Under the pieces are notes generated by a model. That model saw only the letters and a program-made list of their open reading frames with translations. It was not told the origin of the DNA and ran no database searches. Below are positions 50,363 through 61,876 of a stretch of 64,000 nt of DNA, one piece after another. Source of the stretch: Chiloscyllium plagiosum (taxonomy: Eukaryota); the NCBI RefSeq assembly GCF_004010195.1, contig NC_057749.1:25703044-25767043 (forward strand), in the 5' to 3' direction. Made by a program: the position numbers and the translations under genes. How positions within the stretch are numbered: the first letter of the stretch is position 1; each line of letters begins with the position of its first letter.

Positions 50363-51749
50363 TTCAATTATACACAATTGTACAATTTTAAGCATTCCTT
50401 TCTTTGATAATGAAGGACATTGAGCTGATACAGAGCCATATTGTAAAGTATCTTAAAGAGGTATAGTTACTTCTTTTCAATATGGAGCAAAGTTTAGCAC
50501 TCATTTTCTCTGAATTTAAGAGCTAAATTAAGTAATTAGATCATAAAATTCTTTGACTTCTAATGCGCATCGTAGGATCTACCATGCTGTATTTTTCAAG
50601 TATAGTTTGTGATTTTAACTTTCAAACTCTCTTTTAAACATCCTTATCCACTGATTTTATACAAAATGTGCACATTATTAAGTCACTTACAGAAAACCTG
50701 TTCAGGGATTTATGACACACCTCTGGATAGGTAGGATTTGAACCAATGTACCCTGGCCCCTAGAAGCATGGACTATACCACTGTTCCACAAGTGCCCCCA
50801 GAAACAAATAGCCTCGGTGCTCCATTAAAGTGTCAGCCCAGAGTTTTGTGTTTAAGGTTTGGAGTGGGCTTTGAACCTGGAGCATTTTGATTTAGAAGCA
50901 GCAGTATGAGCCATAGCTCTATTAAAATCATCTTGCACATAATCTAAACAACCACCTATTGTACAGAGAAGTGTAGTATTGGCCTCCCAGCAAGACCGAT
51001 AATTCATAAACCCTCAGTGCAAATGTGACCATACTTCAACTTGACCGGACTCTGAGGTCAGCTCAATGCTCGCAGCTTACAGTTTTTCATTTTGCTATTT
51101 TCTTTTCAACTCCTGTTCACTCACCCGCTACTACCACCTAATATTGTCGCTGTTGTTGCCTATTCTCGGCCTTGTTGCGTTGCCAAAAAATATCTGCTGT
51201 TGATATCTATTTGAGTCCGGCAATTGCCAGCTGCTGTTGCTGGCGTATACAGAGAGGAGAAGGGTCAATTTTCATAACTTCACTAGTTACTTTATTCATG
51301 TATTAAACAATGCATGTAGTTCTTATATGTTTTATTACAAACTAAAGCTTATATATACTTCCCACAGACTTAACTAGAACCTATTTATATACCCATTTCT
51401 GTCACAGAATATAAAAACTAATACGCGATCAGGATAACTGCTTGCTGCTGCTGGTGAGAGTTAATGCTGGCCAGACATTGCACTTTCTTTATTTCTCGAT
51501 GTCACCACGTCCTTGACGTAGGGTCTGCTTCTACGATGATTGGTCTCCAGAGTTTTCACTGCCTATATGCCCTGAGGGTCTTCTTTGTCCTTTTCCCTTA
51601 TCTCTGTCATGTGGTGCCTTTTTCCCATTGGCTCAGGCTCATTTCTTATTACATATCTTTACCTTATTGGCTCTGGACCAGAGACTAAGGTCGCATTACC
51701 TCACTTCTCCTTATCCAAATAAGGCTTCTGCATTATTTCATGTTTCTTA

Positions 51750-51978
51750 TCCTCCCCCACCCTCCTCTCTGACCTATCACCTCCATCCCCACCCCCATTC
51801 ACCTATTGTACTCTATGCTACTTTCTCCCCAACCCCACCCCCCTCTCATTTATCTCTCCACTCTGCAGGCACCCTGCCTCTATTCCTGATGAAGGGCTTT
51901 TGCCCGAAACGTCGATTTTCCTGCCCCTCGGATGCTGCCTGACCTGCTGTGCTTTTCCAGCACCACTCTGATCTAGAC
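51750..51978 (+). mobile_element. Family A element with intact hammerhead (51882-51917)
   Basis: attcCTGATGAagggcttttgcccGAAAcgtcgatt after a C/T-rich leader. Confidence 0.85.
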
Positions 51979-52149
51979 TCCCATTCAAATTGGCCAATGT
52001 GACTTTAGTAGAACTATTGGTAGAGAAGGAAGGCATAATATTTTCAGCCTTTTGCTGCTTCTCACTGCTTCCATGAGACTTCCAATGATTTTGCAGTCAT
52101 TAGCAATTCAGAAAAATCTAGAACAGATTAGAAGTGAAATCCAGAGGCC

Positions 52150-53390
52150 TTAGAAACATAGACATATAGAAAGTAGGGGCAGGAGTAGGCTATTCAGCTC
52201 TTTGATCCTACTCTACCATTCAAAATGATCATGGCTGAACATCCAACTCAGGTACCCTCTTCGCACCTTCTCCACATATTCTTTGATCACTTTAGCCCTA
52301 AAAACTGTACCTCACTCCTTCTTCAAAGCATTCAAATTTTTGGCCTCAGCCACTTTCTGAGGCAAAGAATTCCACAGACTCCCCGCTCTCTGGGTGAAGA
52401 AACATCTCCTAATCTTAGTCCTAAGTGGCCTACCCTCTATCCTTAGACTACGGTGGCTCAGTGGTTAGCACTACTGCCTCATAATGCCAGGGACCTGGGT
52501 TCAGTTCAAGCCTGAGGTGTGGAGTTTGCAAGTTCTCCCTGTGTCTGTGAGAGTTTCCTCTGAGTGCACTGATTTCCTCCAACAGTGCAAAGATGTGCAG
52601 GTTAGGGGAATTGGACATGCACAATTGCCCATAGCGTCCAGGGATATGCAGGCTAGATGGATCCCCTATGGGAAATGTAGATTTACAGGGATTGGGTGGG
52701 ATGCTCTTTGGTGGATCGGTGTGGACTCAGTAGGCTGAATGGTGGGTGATACAGTGGCTAGCACTGCTGCCTCAACAGCGCCATAGACCCGGGTTCAATT
52801 CCAGCCTCGGGTGACTGTCTGTGTGGAGTTTGCACATTCTCCCTGTGTCTGCGTGAGTTTCATCCCACAATACAAAGATGTGCAAGTTAGGGGAATTGGC
52901 CATGCTAAATCACCCATGATGTTTCGGGATGTATAGGTTAGATGCATTAGTCAGGGGTAAATGTAGAGTAATAGGGTTGGGGAATAGGTCTGGGTGGGTT
53001 ACTCTTCTGAGGGTCAGTGTGTACTTGTTGGGCCTAATGGCCTGTTTCCACATTGTAGGGTTTCTATGGTTTTATAAATGACCAGCTTCGGCAGTGTAGG
53101 GATTCCATGTGACCCCCTGGTCATCAGGAGCATCTTTCCTGTGTTTGCCCTGTTAGAATTGTATAGGCTTTTATGAGATCTCCTCTCTTTCTTCTAAATT
53201 CCATTGAATATAATCCTAACCCATCCAGTTTCTCTTCATTCCATAGTCTTGCCATCCCAGGAATCAGTCTAGTAAAACTTAATATCCAACAACATTCTAC
53301 CTCAGGCAAGGAGAGCAAGATTACACACAATACATCAGTTATGATATCAGCAAGGCCCTTTACCAGTGCAACAAGGCAACCCTTGAACCA
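52150..53390 (-). mobile_element. Older CR1 3' fragment interrupted by two plus-strand HE1-like SINEs (about 52451-52743 and 52743-53070)
   Basis: FTRLIPGMARL..EEKLDGLGLYSMEFRRKRGDLI; SINE heads ggtggctcagtggttagc and cagtggctagcactgc. Confidence 0.8.
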
Positions 53391-55864
53391 TTGAAGAGGA
53401 GGTCTCAACTTCAAGACTTTGTTGTCTTAAATAAGGTACAAATAAACTGCTTCCTATTTGAAAAACTGAGTTTTTACCTATTCATGATAAAAGACTACAG
53501 GATGTACACTTTTATTAAAAAGTCCTTGTTTCTACTTGGTCACTATTAGGATATACATTTAAAATCTGAGACACCTCCATGGGAACAGTTAATGATCCTT
53601 CTAGTTTAACAACAAAGCATTTTGGATGAACTAAGCACCTACGCGACACATTAATCTTCTCCTTTTTATGACCTCTTGCTCTCTTGAATCTTGCTGATAT
53701 GAGACAGTGACAGCTGACAATCTTCTAATACCCAAACAATGTAACCATCCTTCAATAAGATCCTTGACAGTCAGTGTTGGTAGAGTTGGAAGAGTTTTCA
53801 AACAAGATTTCATCAACTCTAATGTTGCCACAGGACCTAACAATAACATGGTTAGGTTCTCAACCTAACCCTTCCATCAGTTTGAGCTCTTTCAAATTTT
53901 GATGCCTCCAACGTTTGCCAATCCCATTGACCCATCACCTCTATACCGATTGACCTACATTGGCTCGCAGTGCACCAGTGCGTAGATTTCAGATTTTCTG
54001 ACTTTGTGCTCAATTCCCTCATACCATGATATCTCTACAATCTCCCCCAGTCTTATTAATAGCCAAGATCTAAGAGAAGAGGAAGAGAGGAAAAGTTGTG
54101 ACCTTTTTCCAAAATTGGGAGGTGGTGGCATAGCATTAATGTCCCTAGATTAGTAATCCAACACTAAATCCCATCATGGCTGTTGGTAAAAAAACCTAAT
54201 GTCCATTAAAGAAGAAAATCGATATGTGACTCCAGACTCACATTAATGCATTGACTCTTAACCACCCTCAGAAATAACCTAACAAATGTTTCCATTCAAC
54301 GGCAATGAAGGAAGGGCAATAAACATTGGCCCAGCCTGTGGCAAGAAATGGCCACAATTCTGTACCAGCAAGGATGTATAGATTGCGGGATAGCCCCTCA
54401 ATTAACAGCACAAGTTAATCATGTTGATGTTTGCAGGAGCTTTCTACACAAATTGGCTGCAGAATTCCATATTGTACCAAAATTAAAGTGCTTCAGAAAA
54501 ACATTTAATAACGTATTTCATTGTTTGTTGAGAATCCTGGAGCATTTTCTGGTATGAACGTTGCAAAATAAATAAATTCAATCTATTTACTTTATTGGTT
54601 TTTGTTCAAAATGAACTACTGAGTAAATGTATGATTTGAGGAAAGAATTTGGAAATTTTATTTTCTCTCCTATCATCAGCGCAGATTAACTGAGACTCGA
54701 CATCATCATGACCTCAGTTGCATGGAAACATTACTGTTCCAGCAACGTTGAGATAAGAGAATGAGATGAAAGTTAATTAAATTCTGCTTTCTAGATCAGC
54801 AGTTTGTTTGTCCTGGAATGCCAAAATAGAGCTGCAATTTGAAATTTGTGTCTGGATTGTGCTTTCAAAATGTCAGTGAAACTGGTCAACTGGCACATGA
54901 CCCAGAGAATGACTTGATTGACGTGATAATGGGGAAGCTATACAATGGCAGAAAGTAAAGCATTCAGACCTGATAATGGCATGACGAGATTTTGATACAC
55001 ATTTTGCTTAGTTTGTTTTAATTCCCACGTTAGTGTTTTTTTTCGCGAGATTTATTCCCTTCATTATTAAATCAGCTGTGGCCCTGTTTGAGGACACTTT
55101 TGCCTCTGAGTCACAAGGTTCCGGGTTCAGGTCCTATTCCAGGACCTGAGCACAAAGGTCGAGTGCAGTACTACAGTGCTCTGCTGCCTTTCAGCTCAAA
55201 CTATAACCTTTCCCCAACTTCCCTCTCAGATGGGTATAAAATATGTCATGACAGAACTTTAAGATGAATCTTAGGGTCATAGAGATGTACAGCACAGAAA
55301 CAGACTCTTTGGTCAACTTGTCCATGCCGACCAGATATCCTAATTTAATCCAGTTCCATTTGCCACATCTGGCCCATATCCCTCCAAACCCTTCCTATTC
55401 ATATACCATCATGCCTTTTAAACGTTGTAATTGTACCAGCCTCTACCACTTCCTCCGGCAGCTCATTCCATTATTGCACCACCCTCTCTGTTAAAAATGT
55501 TATCCCTTGGGTCCCTTTTTAATTTTTCTCCTCTTACCTTAAACGTATGCCCTGTCATTCTGGACTCCCCCACCCCAGGAAAAGACCTTGTCTATTCACC
55601 CTATTCATGCCCCTCACAATTTTATAAACTTCGATAAGGTCACCCCTGAGCTTCCAATGCTCCAGGGAAAATAGCCCCAGCCAATTCAGCCTCTCCTTAT
55701 AGCTCAAAACCCCCAACCCTGGAAACATCCTTGTAGAACCTTTCTGGACTGATTCAAGTTTCACAGCATCCTTCCTATAGCAGGGAGAACAAAATTGCAT
55801 GCAGTATTCCAAAACCGGTCTGACCAATGTCCTATAACATGATCTCCAACTCTTATATTCAATG

Positions 55865-55982
55865 GGTCACAAAGTGAAGTGCTGGAAAAGCACAGTCAGT
55901 CAGGCAGCATCAACCGGCTGTGCTTTTCCAGCGCTACACCATTTGACTCTGATCTCCAGCATCTGCAGCCCTCACTTTCTCC
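55865..55982. mobile_element. Family A mini fold-back (no hammerhead retained) with 11-bp TSD
   Basis: TSD tatattcaatg at 55854-55864 and 55983-55993. Confidence 0.85.
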
Positions 55983-56007
55983 TATATTCAATGCACTGAC
56001 CAATAAG

Positions 56008-56505
56008 CTGCCGTGGAACAGCACGTCAGTGAGCCGCAGAACAGAATGGGGAAGCAGCCCCGGAGCAGTGCTTGGGGAGTGAGTCCCAGGTGAAGGCCGG
56101 CCTAGCGGAGTGGGTTCTAGAACTTATGTTGGAGCTGCTGAGTGCCAGTGCGGACAGGACTGGAGTCTTGGAGCGGAGTGGGGACGACTGTTGGTCTGGG
56201 GTCTGGTGTGACCAGTCAGACCATGTGCGGAAGCCCCTGCTCTGAGTTATACACTGTAGTGGTTATTTGAAATGTTTTACCTCACTGTCATGTCAATCTT
56301 CTAATGATGTATTATTTATAATCCTTTAATGATGTCTTATTTGTTAAACTCTGTAAAGTAATGCAATTATTCCTCTTTCGTGAGCAAAATTCGTGCGTAG
56401 GTGCTTGTAACTGAGATGGTGCCATAAGAGGCAGACATTGTAAAAGTTTTACGTTGTACTTCTACAATGGAGTAAATATGGCAGTAAAAAAGATATTCTA
56501 TTCTC
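56008..56505 (+). mobile_element. Unclassified non-coding retroposon with GC-rich 5' half and (ATTCT)n tail
   Basis: Interrupts the CR1 precisely; TSD ataag at 56003-56007 and 56506-56510. Confidence 0.7.
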
Positions 56506-56843
56506 ATAAGGCAAACGTACTGAACCTCTTGCTATTCTGGTCTTCCTCTACCACAAACATCACAAAACTGGATTATGTGGTCATTTAAGGAGGAGATGGA
56601 TATATTTTTAATTAGTGATGAGTTAAATGGTTACGGAGAGCGAGCAGGAAAGTGGAATTGAGGCTGAGACGAGATCAGCCATGATGGTAACAAACAGCAG
56701 AGCAGCCTTGACGGACTGAATGGGCGACTCTTGCTCCTAGTTCTGATGTTCTTATTACCACATTTCTGCTTGTGGGACCTTGCTATGTACAAATTGGTTT
56801 CTGCATTTCACTCATCACAATAGATAGACTACTTCAAACATAC

Positions 56844-57066
56844 CAGGCGAAAGTGAGGACTGCAGATGCTTGAGATCAGAGTCAAGATTAGAGTGGTGTT
56901 GGAAAAGCACTGCAGGTCAGGCAGCATCCGAGGAGCAGGAAAATCGATGTTTCAGGCAAAAGCCCTTCATCAGGAATTAATCATTAATCAATTAAGCATC
57001 AATTTTCCTGCTCCTCGGATGCTGCCTGACCTGCTGTGCTTTTCCAGCACCATTCTAATCTCGACC
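56844..57066. mobile_element. Family A fold-back insertion with 15-bp TSD
   Basis: TSD ctacttcaaacatac at 56829-56843 and 57067-57081; hammerhead on the minus arm at 56942-56978. Confidence 0.9.
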
Positions 57067-57469
57067 CTACTTCAAACATACTTCCTCAGCTACAAAGCAC
57101 TTCTGGTGGCCATGAAGAGTGTGATATCGATGCATTATTATCATCACTTCTACTTCATTTACCATTGCCTCTGACATGCCAAAGCAGTTTTCAGCTGACA
57201 AAGGAAAAGAGTATTTAATGACCAGAATCTCAAATACAAGACTAAGATTGTGATTTACCACGCAGCAGTGCAGTGAGACTTCATAGGTTTTGAGACAAGT
57301 TACAGCAGATGCCTCAAAGTACTAGTGCAAAATCTTCCACATGCTGATAAGATCAATATTGAACAGCAGTGCTCTCTCCCAAATCAACATGCCAAGCATC
57401 AAAACACTAATCCCTCAAACCTTCTCCATTAGGAGGGATATATCATCTGAGTGCCAGGCACTAGATTTG

Positions 57470-57850
57470 AGAGGCTGTAGTACCACACTGGTAATGTCAC
57501 TGGACTAGTAATCTTAGAGATCTATGCTAATGCTTTGGGGATGTGGATCCAAACCCCACCACGACAGATGGTGAACTTTGAATTCAATAAATATCTGAAA
57601 TGGCAACCATGTGACCACTGTCAGTTGTTGTAAAAGCCCACTTGGTTCACTAAGGTCCTTTAGGAAAGGAAATCAGCCAGCCTTACCTTGTCTGGCCTAC
57701 ATGAGACTCTAGACACACAACAGTGCGGTTGGTTGTGTTCTTAACTGCCTTCTGCAATGGCCCTAGCAATTTAACTTTGATCTACAGAGCAATTAAGCAC
57801 GTGCAATAAATGCTGGACCAATTGGCAATGGCTACATCCCATGAAAGAGT
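57470..57850 (+). mobile_element. tRNA-head SINE family B (most complete copy); other remnants at about 6265-6590, 7190-7570 and 54120-54340
   Basis: ggtaatgtcactggactagtaatc head; ggaaaggaaatc..ccttacc body; gcaataaatgctgg..acatcccatgaa tail. Confidence 0.7.
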
Positions 57851-57877
57851 AAAAGAGAAATAACTGTTCCACAGGGA

Positions 57878-58244
57878 ACAAATACTGAAATTACTGGAGA
57901 CACTCAGCAGTTCTGGCAGAACCTGTGGAAAATGAAACAAAGCCAATATTTTGAGTCCAGTGACCCAACTGGAGACCGTTCTGCAGTCCTAAAGAAGGGT
58001 CACTGAACTTGAAACATTAACTCTGTTTCTCTCTTTACAGGTACTGCCAGACCTGTTGAGTTTCTCCAGCAATTTCTGTTTTTGTTTCAGATTTCCAGTT
58101 TTAGGTTTTTTGCTGCAGTCCTAAAGAAGGGTCACTGAACTTGAAACATTAACACTGTTTCTCTCTTTACAGGTACTGCCAGACCTGTTGAGTTTCTCCA
58201 GCAATTTTTGTTTTTGTTTCAGATTTCCAGTTTTAGGTTTTTTG
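57878..58244. mobile_element. Family D element: inverted arm plus tandem 132-bp dimer
   Basis: Units 57981-58112 and 58113-58244 are nearly identical; inverted arm at about 57878-57966. Confidence 0.8.
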
Positions 58245-59179
58245 CTCTATCAGGAACTCTGTTGCAGCAGGAAACTTGCAGGAGGACAGTGAAGATAGTT
58301 TAGGGATGTCCTCAAAACATTTTTGAAGAGGTGAAACATCCTCGCTACTCAAGAGAGTCTCTGCAGCCTGTGAGTGAGTAAACTGGATTACGTTTATCCA
58401 ACAAATCAAGACAGATTTGGCCAGGAACATGCAAAGTCATAGTGAGGCATTGGACACAGTGCCCAAATCTTCAAACACTTCTAACTTCTCAAACACCACA
58501 TGCCCCTTATGTGGAAAGGTTTGCAGATCATCAATTGGACTTATCAGAACCATCTCAGAACCCCTTAGACCTGTGTGGAAGCGAGTTATCCTTGATTCTC
58601 AATAGTGTTGGAAACCTTGAGTTGTAATTAGAAAACTAATCTCTGTCATAGAGTCATAGAGCTTGCAAACAAGCTCTTTGGCCCAAGATATTAAATAATT
58701 ATTTTCTCTCGTTACATGATGGGAAAGCAAAAACAAAATGCTTATAGGGAACAAAGGGCCCTGGAAGAGTAAGGAATTTAAGTACATTGGCAGAAATAAA
58801 GGTTCCCTGAACTGAACCATTTGCCTTTGTTGATAAATTACAACAGTCAGATGAAAAACTGAAGGCAATTGGAATAAGTTCAAACTCAATCAGCTGGGTT
58901 ATATCTCAAACTGTTTATTTGTAGACTTGCAAATTCTATTTCTTGTACTGTACTTCAGTATGTATTATTTTCTTAAAGATGAATTGAACTTCATAAATAT
59001 TTAGAACTATGATGATACAAAGCAGAGAAATGAGAAACACGTCTAAAGGTGCGCACCAACTTGGAACATCAATAAGCCTCGATATTATGAAGGTCTGATA
59101 GAGTAAATAAGATGAAATTGTTCCCAGTGGCTGAAGTGTCCAGTCACAAGATAATTAACAAAAGAACTAGATAAAATGG

Positions 59180-59700
59180 GGTTGTACAGAAGGTTAGTGA
59201 GATCTCTTCTGGAATACATTGCCCAGCTCTGGTCACCCTGTTAAAGGAAGAATATTATTAAGCTAGAGACGGTTCAGAAAAGATTTACCAGGATGTTGCT
59301 GGGAATAGAGGGTTTGAATTATAAGAGTAGGCTTGATATACTGGGACGATAGGAAGTTGAGATTTATAAAATTATGAAGGGTATAGATAGGGTTAATGGC
59401 AGTTGTGTTTTCCCTAGAGTGAGGGGTTTCAAAATGAGCGGGCATTTTTTTAAGGTGAGAGAAGAAAGATTTTAAAAAGATATGGGGCAATTTTTTTTAT
59501 ACAGAGAGTGGTTCGTTTGTGGAATGAACTTCCAGAGTGACCACATTTAAAAGACTTTTGGATAAGTACATGAAGAAGAAATGTTTGGAGATATGCGGAT
59601 CAAGCGCAGGCAGGTGGGACTAGTTTTGTTTGTGATTACGGTCGGCATGGACTGGTTGGACTGAGGGGTCTGTTTCTGTGTTGTATGTCTCAATGACTCT
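59180..59700 (+). mobile_element. CR1/HER1 3' fragment
   Basis: gttcagaaaagatttaccaggatgttg; tail tcaatgactct. Confidence 0.88.
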
Positions 59701-61009
59701 AAGCGAGATTTATTTTAAAAACATGCACATCATTATGAGCTGAACCTTGTTGTCTGAAAGAAGGCTGAACCACCGTCTCTTATTTTAAGGGTTTGTCCAT
59801 TATCTTGACAGCTTTGCTCTGTATTTATAAGGTAATCTATAGGAGACTGAGCCTGGGAGTCTTCGTACAGTGAATTGAACAGGACTGCAAGTCTCTGAAT
59901 CATCCAGCAGAGAGATGATAACGTCAATCCACAAGATAAGTTGCATTTTTCGGTTACCTTAAAGTCACCTCCTCTACTTCTACTTTTGGTCCCCAGCAAC
60001 AATCCACTTTCTCATTGTCCTACCCCAGGGTATTTGGTCAGCTGTCACTCCACCCCTCTCCCCTCATTCAATACTCAAATTGTCTCTCATATTATGTCTT
60101 AAGAGGGGGTTACTCTGTGAATGGAAATGGAAGCCGCTTCGATAGTAACTTTTAAAGAGGATTGAATATATATTTGAAGTAGGGTGACTGTTTAGAGGCA
60201 AGGGGAATGGGAGGAGAATGCAGCTAACAGGCACAATAGAAGCAATGGACCAAGTGGCCTTCTTCTGATATCACAACAATTCTCTGGGAAACGGTACGGT
60301 ACGGGGAAAGGTAATTCCTTCAAAATGCCTGTGGAGTCTGTAGTTTTTTAAAGAATGTTTGAGAAGGGTTTAAATCCATTGTAAAGGGATCAATTGAATT
60401 TATTTTGGACAACGAGAAAATATTGGTCCATGTTACCTGGCAAACTTTTACCTGCAAGCAGTACCAATAGGAACAAAGTTGAAACAGAAAAGCTGTGTGG
60501 CCAGACAGCTGCTGACAAAGGAAAGTTAGAGCTAGAAGGTGATCAATGCAGAGAAAGTAAAGAAAGACAGAAAGAGAAACACAGAATTAGGGTGAGGAGG
60601 AAATGCATTTTTTTTTTCAAGCTGGGGTCAGTTTTTCTCTTTATAAACAGAAAGAGAAGCATGATCTTTTAGAAATGCAAGAATTGGATGAGCAAATTTA
60701 AAACCATGAAGGGTGCAAAAAGCTTGGAAGCACCAAAAGGCAGAATGCTTTAACCAGTAGTTGTCAAATAGTGAACGACGGTGTTATTGATTGGTCAGTT
60801 GAAGAGAACTCTTGGAGAGTTACACATTCCGGACTGTCATCACCTGAGGAAGAGGGGGTCTGTAGAAGTCTGCCTTGGTGATGATATTCAGAATCATGAA
60901 GCTCCAAGATGAAATCTGCTATTAAAAAGACTTCTGAGCTACTGTTGGGTACTTGTTTCCCCAATAATAGAGATGTCCATCCTCAACCTCCTCCATTGCC
61001 AGTGAATCA

Positions 61010-61414
61010 GAATGCACATTGGAGGAACTACATCTTATCTTCCAACTTGGCAGCCTACAGCCCGGAGGACTCAACATTGAGCTCTCCAATTTCAAATAAC
61101 CTTCCCACCCATCGCCCGACTCCCTTTCCAGCCCTGCCCCCTCCCTTCATTCCATCTACTGACCCTTCCTTCCAGCTACCAACCAGATTCATCCCTCCCA
61201 TCGACCAACCAGGTCATACCCACCGTGTGTGTGCACCTATCAATATCTCACCACTCCATCCATCTCCCCACCCAAACCACACATCCTCCTTTATCTGCAG
61301 CTTCCCCCACCCCCACCTCCAGTCCTGAAGAAGACTGGAATTAAATCCAAATCATTGACTTCTCCACGCCCGATGCTGCCTGGCTTGTGGTGTTCTTCCA
61401 GCCTCTTGTTTGTC
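61010..61414 (+). mobile_element. Penelope family B 3' end (endonuclease C-terminus, UTR, degenerate hammerhead)
   Basis: LEELHLIFQLGSLQPGGLNIELSNFK*; colinear with 380-740. Confidence 0.85.
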
Positions 61415-61875
61415 GAAATAGGAATAACCAGGCAGGGAACGAAGTGATACCTTCTTGAAGTCTTTCTGGTGGAAGCTTGATGTTAGTGGTACACAGCAAG
61501 GCGATGCAAAGCACATCTGTCCGTATTTGGCTCACATTTTTATACATTATTTCTCAGTTCTGTACTCTTTCCTTTTCCTAATCCTTAGCCTCCGCTTATC
61601 ACCCCACTTACTTCTAACCTATCACTTTGTACATGTCCAACCACAAGATGTTTCTCACTGTTCTGCTGTTATCTGTTAAGCTAGGCATGACCAAAACTTG
61701 TTCATCAGCATAACTTGTTCCTACTATGATTGCCAGATGTTTCCCTTGCAGGTTATTCACTTGTGACCAGTCTCGTGCCTGTGGCTAATGTTCTAATTTC
61801 GATCATCTAGCCACAATGATGTCTTTCCTTTTACCCTTCTTGCACTTACCAACATTAACTCTTCCGTATCCCACA
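61411..61875 (-). mobile_element. 3' LTR of the endogenous retrovirus (left boundary approximate)
   Basis: Begins TGTGGG on the minus strand just after the PPT; TATAAAAA at about 61537-61544; plausible CA end at 61411. Confidence 0.6.
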
Positions 61876-61876
61876 A

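Larger units (their letters stand above)
55275..56528 (-). mobile_element. CR1/HER1 3' fragment carrying two younger insertions
   Basis: VRPVLEYCMQFCSPCYRKDAVKLESVQK...LRGDLIEVYKI. Confidence 0.88.
55077..57125 (+). mobile_element. DeuSINE/SacSINE-like SINE fragmented by later insertions (parts about 55077-55262, 56530-56585, 56755-56843, 57082-57125)
   Basis: tRNA head gcctctgagtcacaaggttccgggttcagg; gtgcagtact..ccctctcagatgg..; tail gtgggaccttgctatgtacaaattgg..ctacttcaaa..aaagcactt; family name from memory of the consensus. Confidence 0.55.
57130..58600 (+). mobile_element. Decayed RTE-clade LINE 3' part (about 57130-57465 and 58245-58600) with nested SINE and family D elements
   Basis: KRVFNDQNLKYKTKIVIYHAAV; C-terminal zinc-finger-like TCPLCGKVCRSSIGL. 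Confidence 0.7.

Noticed and set aside
58442..58605. Host C2H2 zinc-finger exon (CPLCGKVC)
   Set aside because: Single frameshifted finger at the end of an RTE-like LINE remnant
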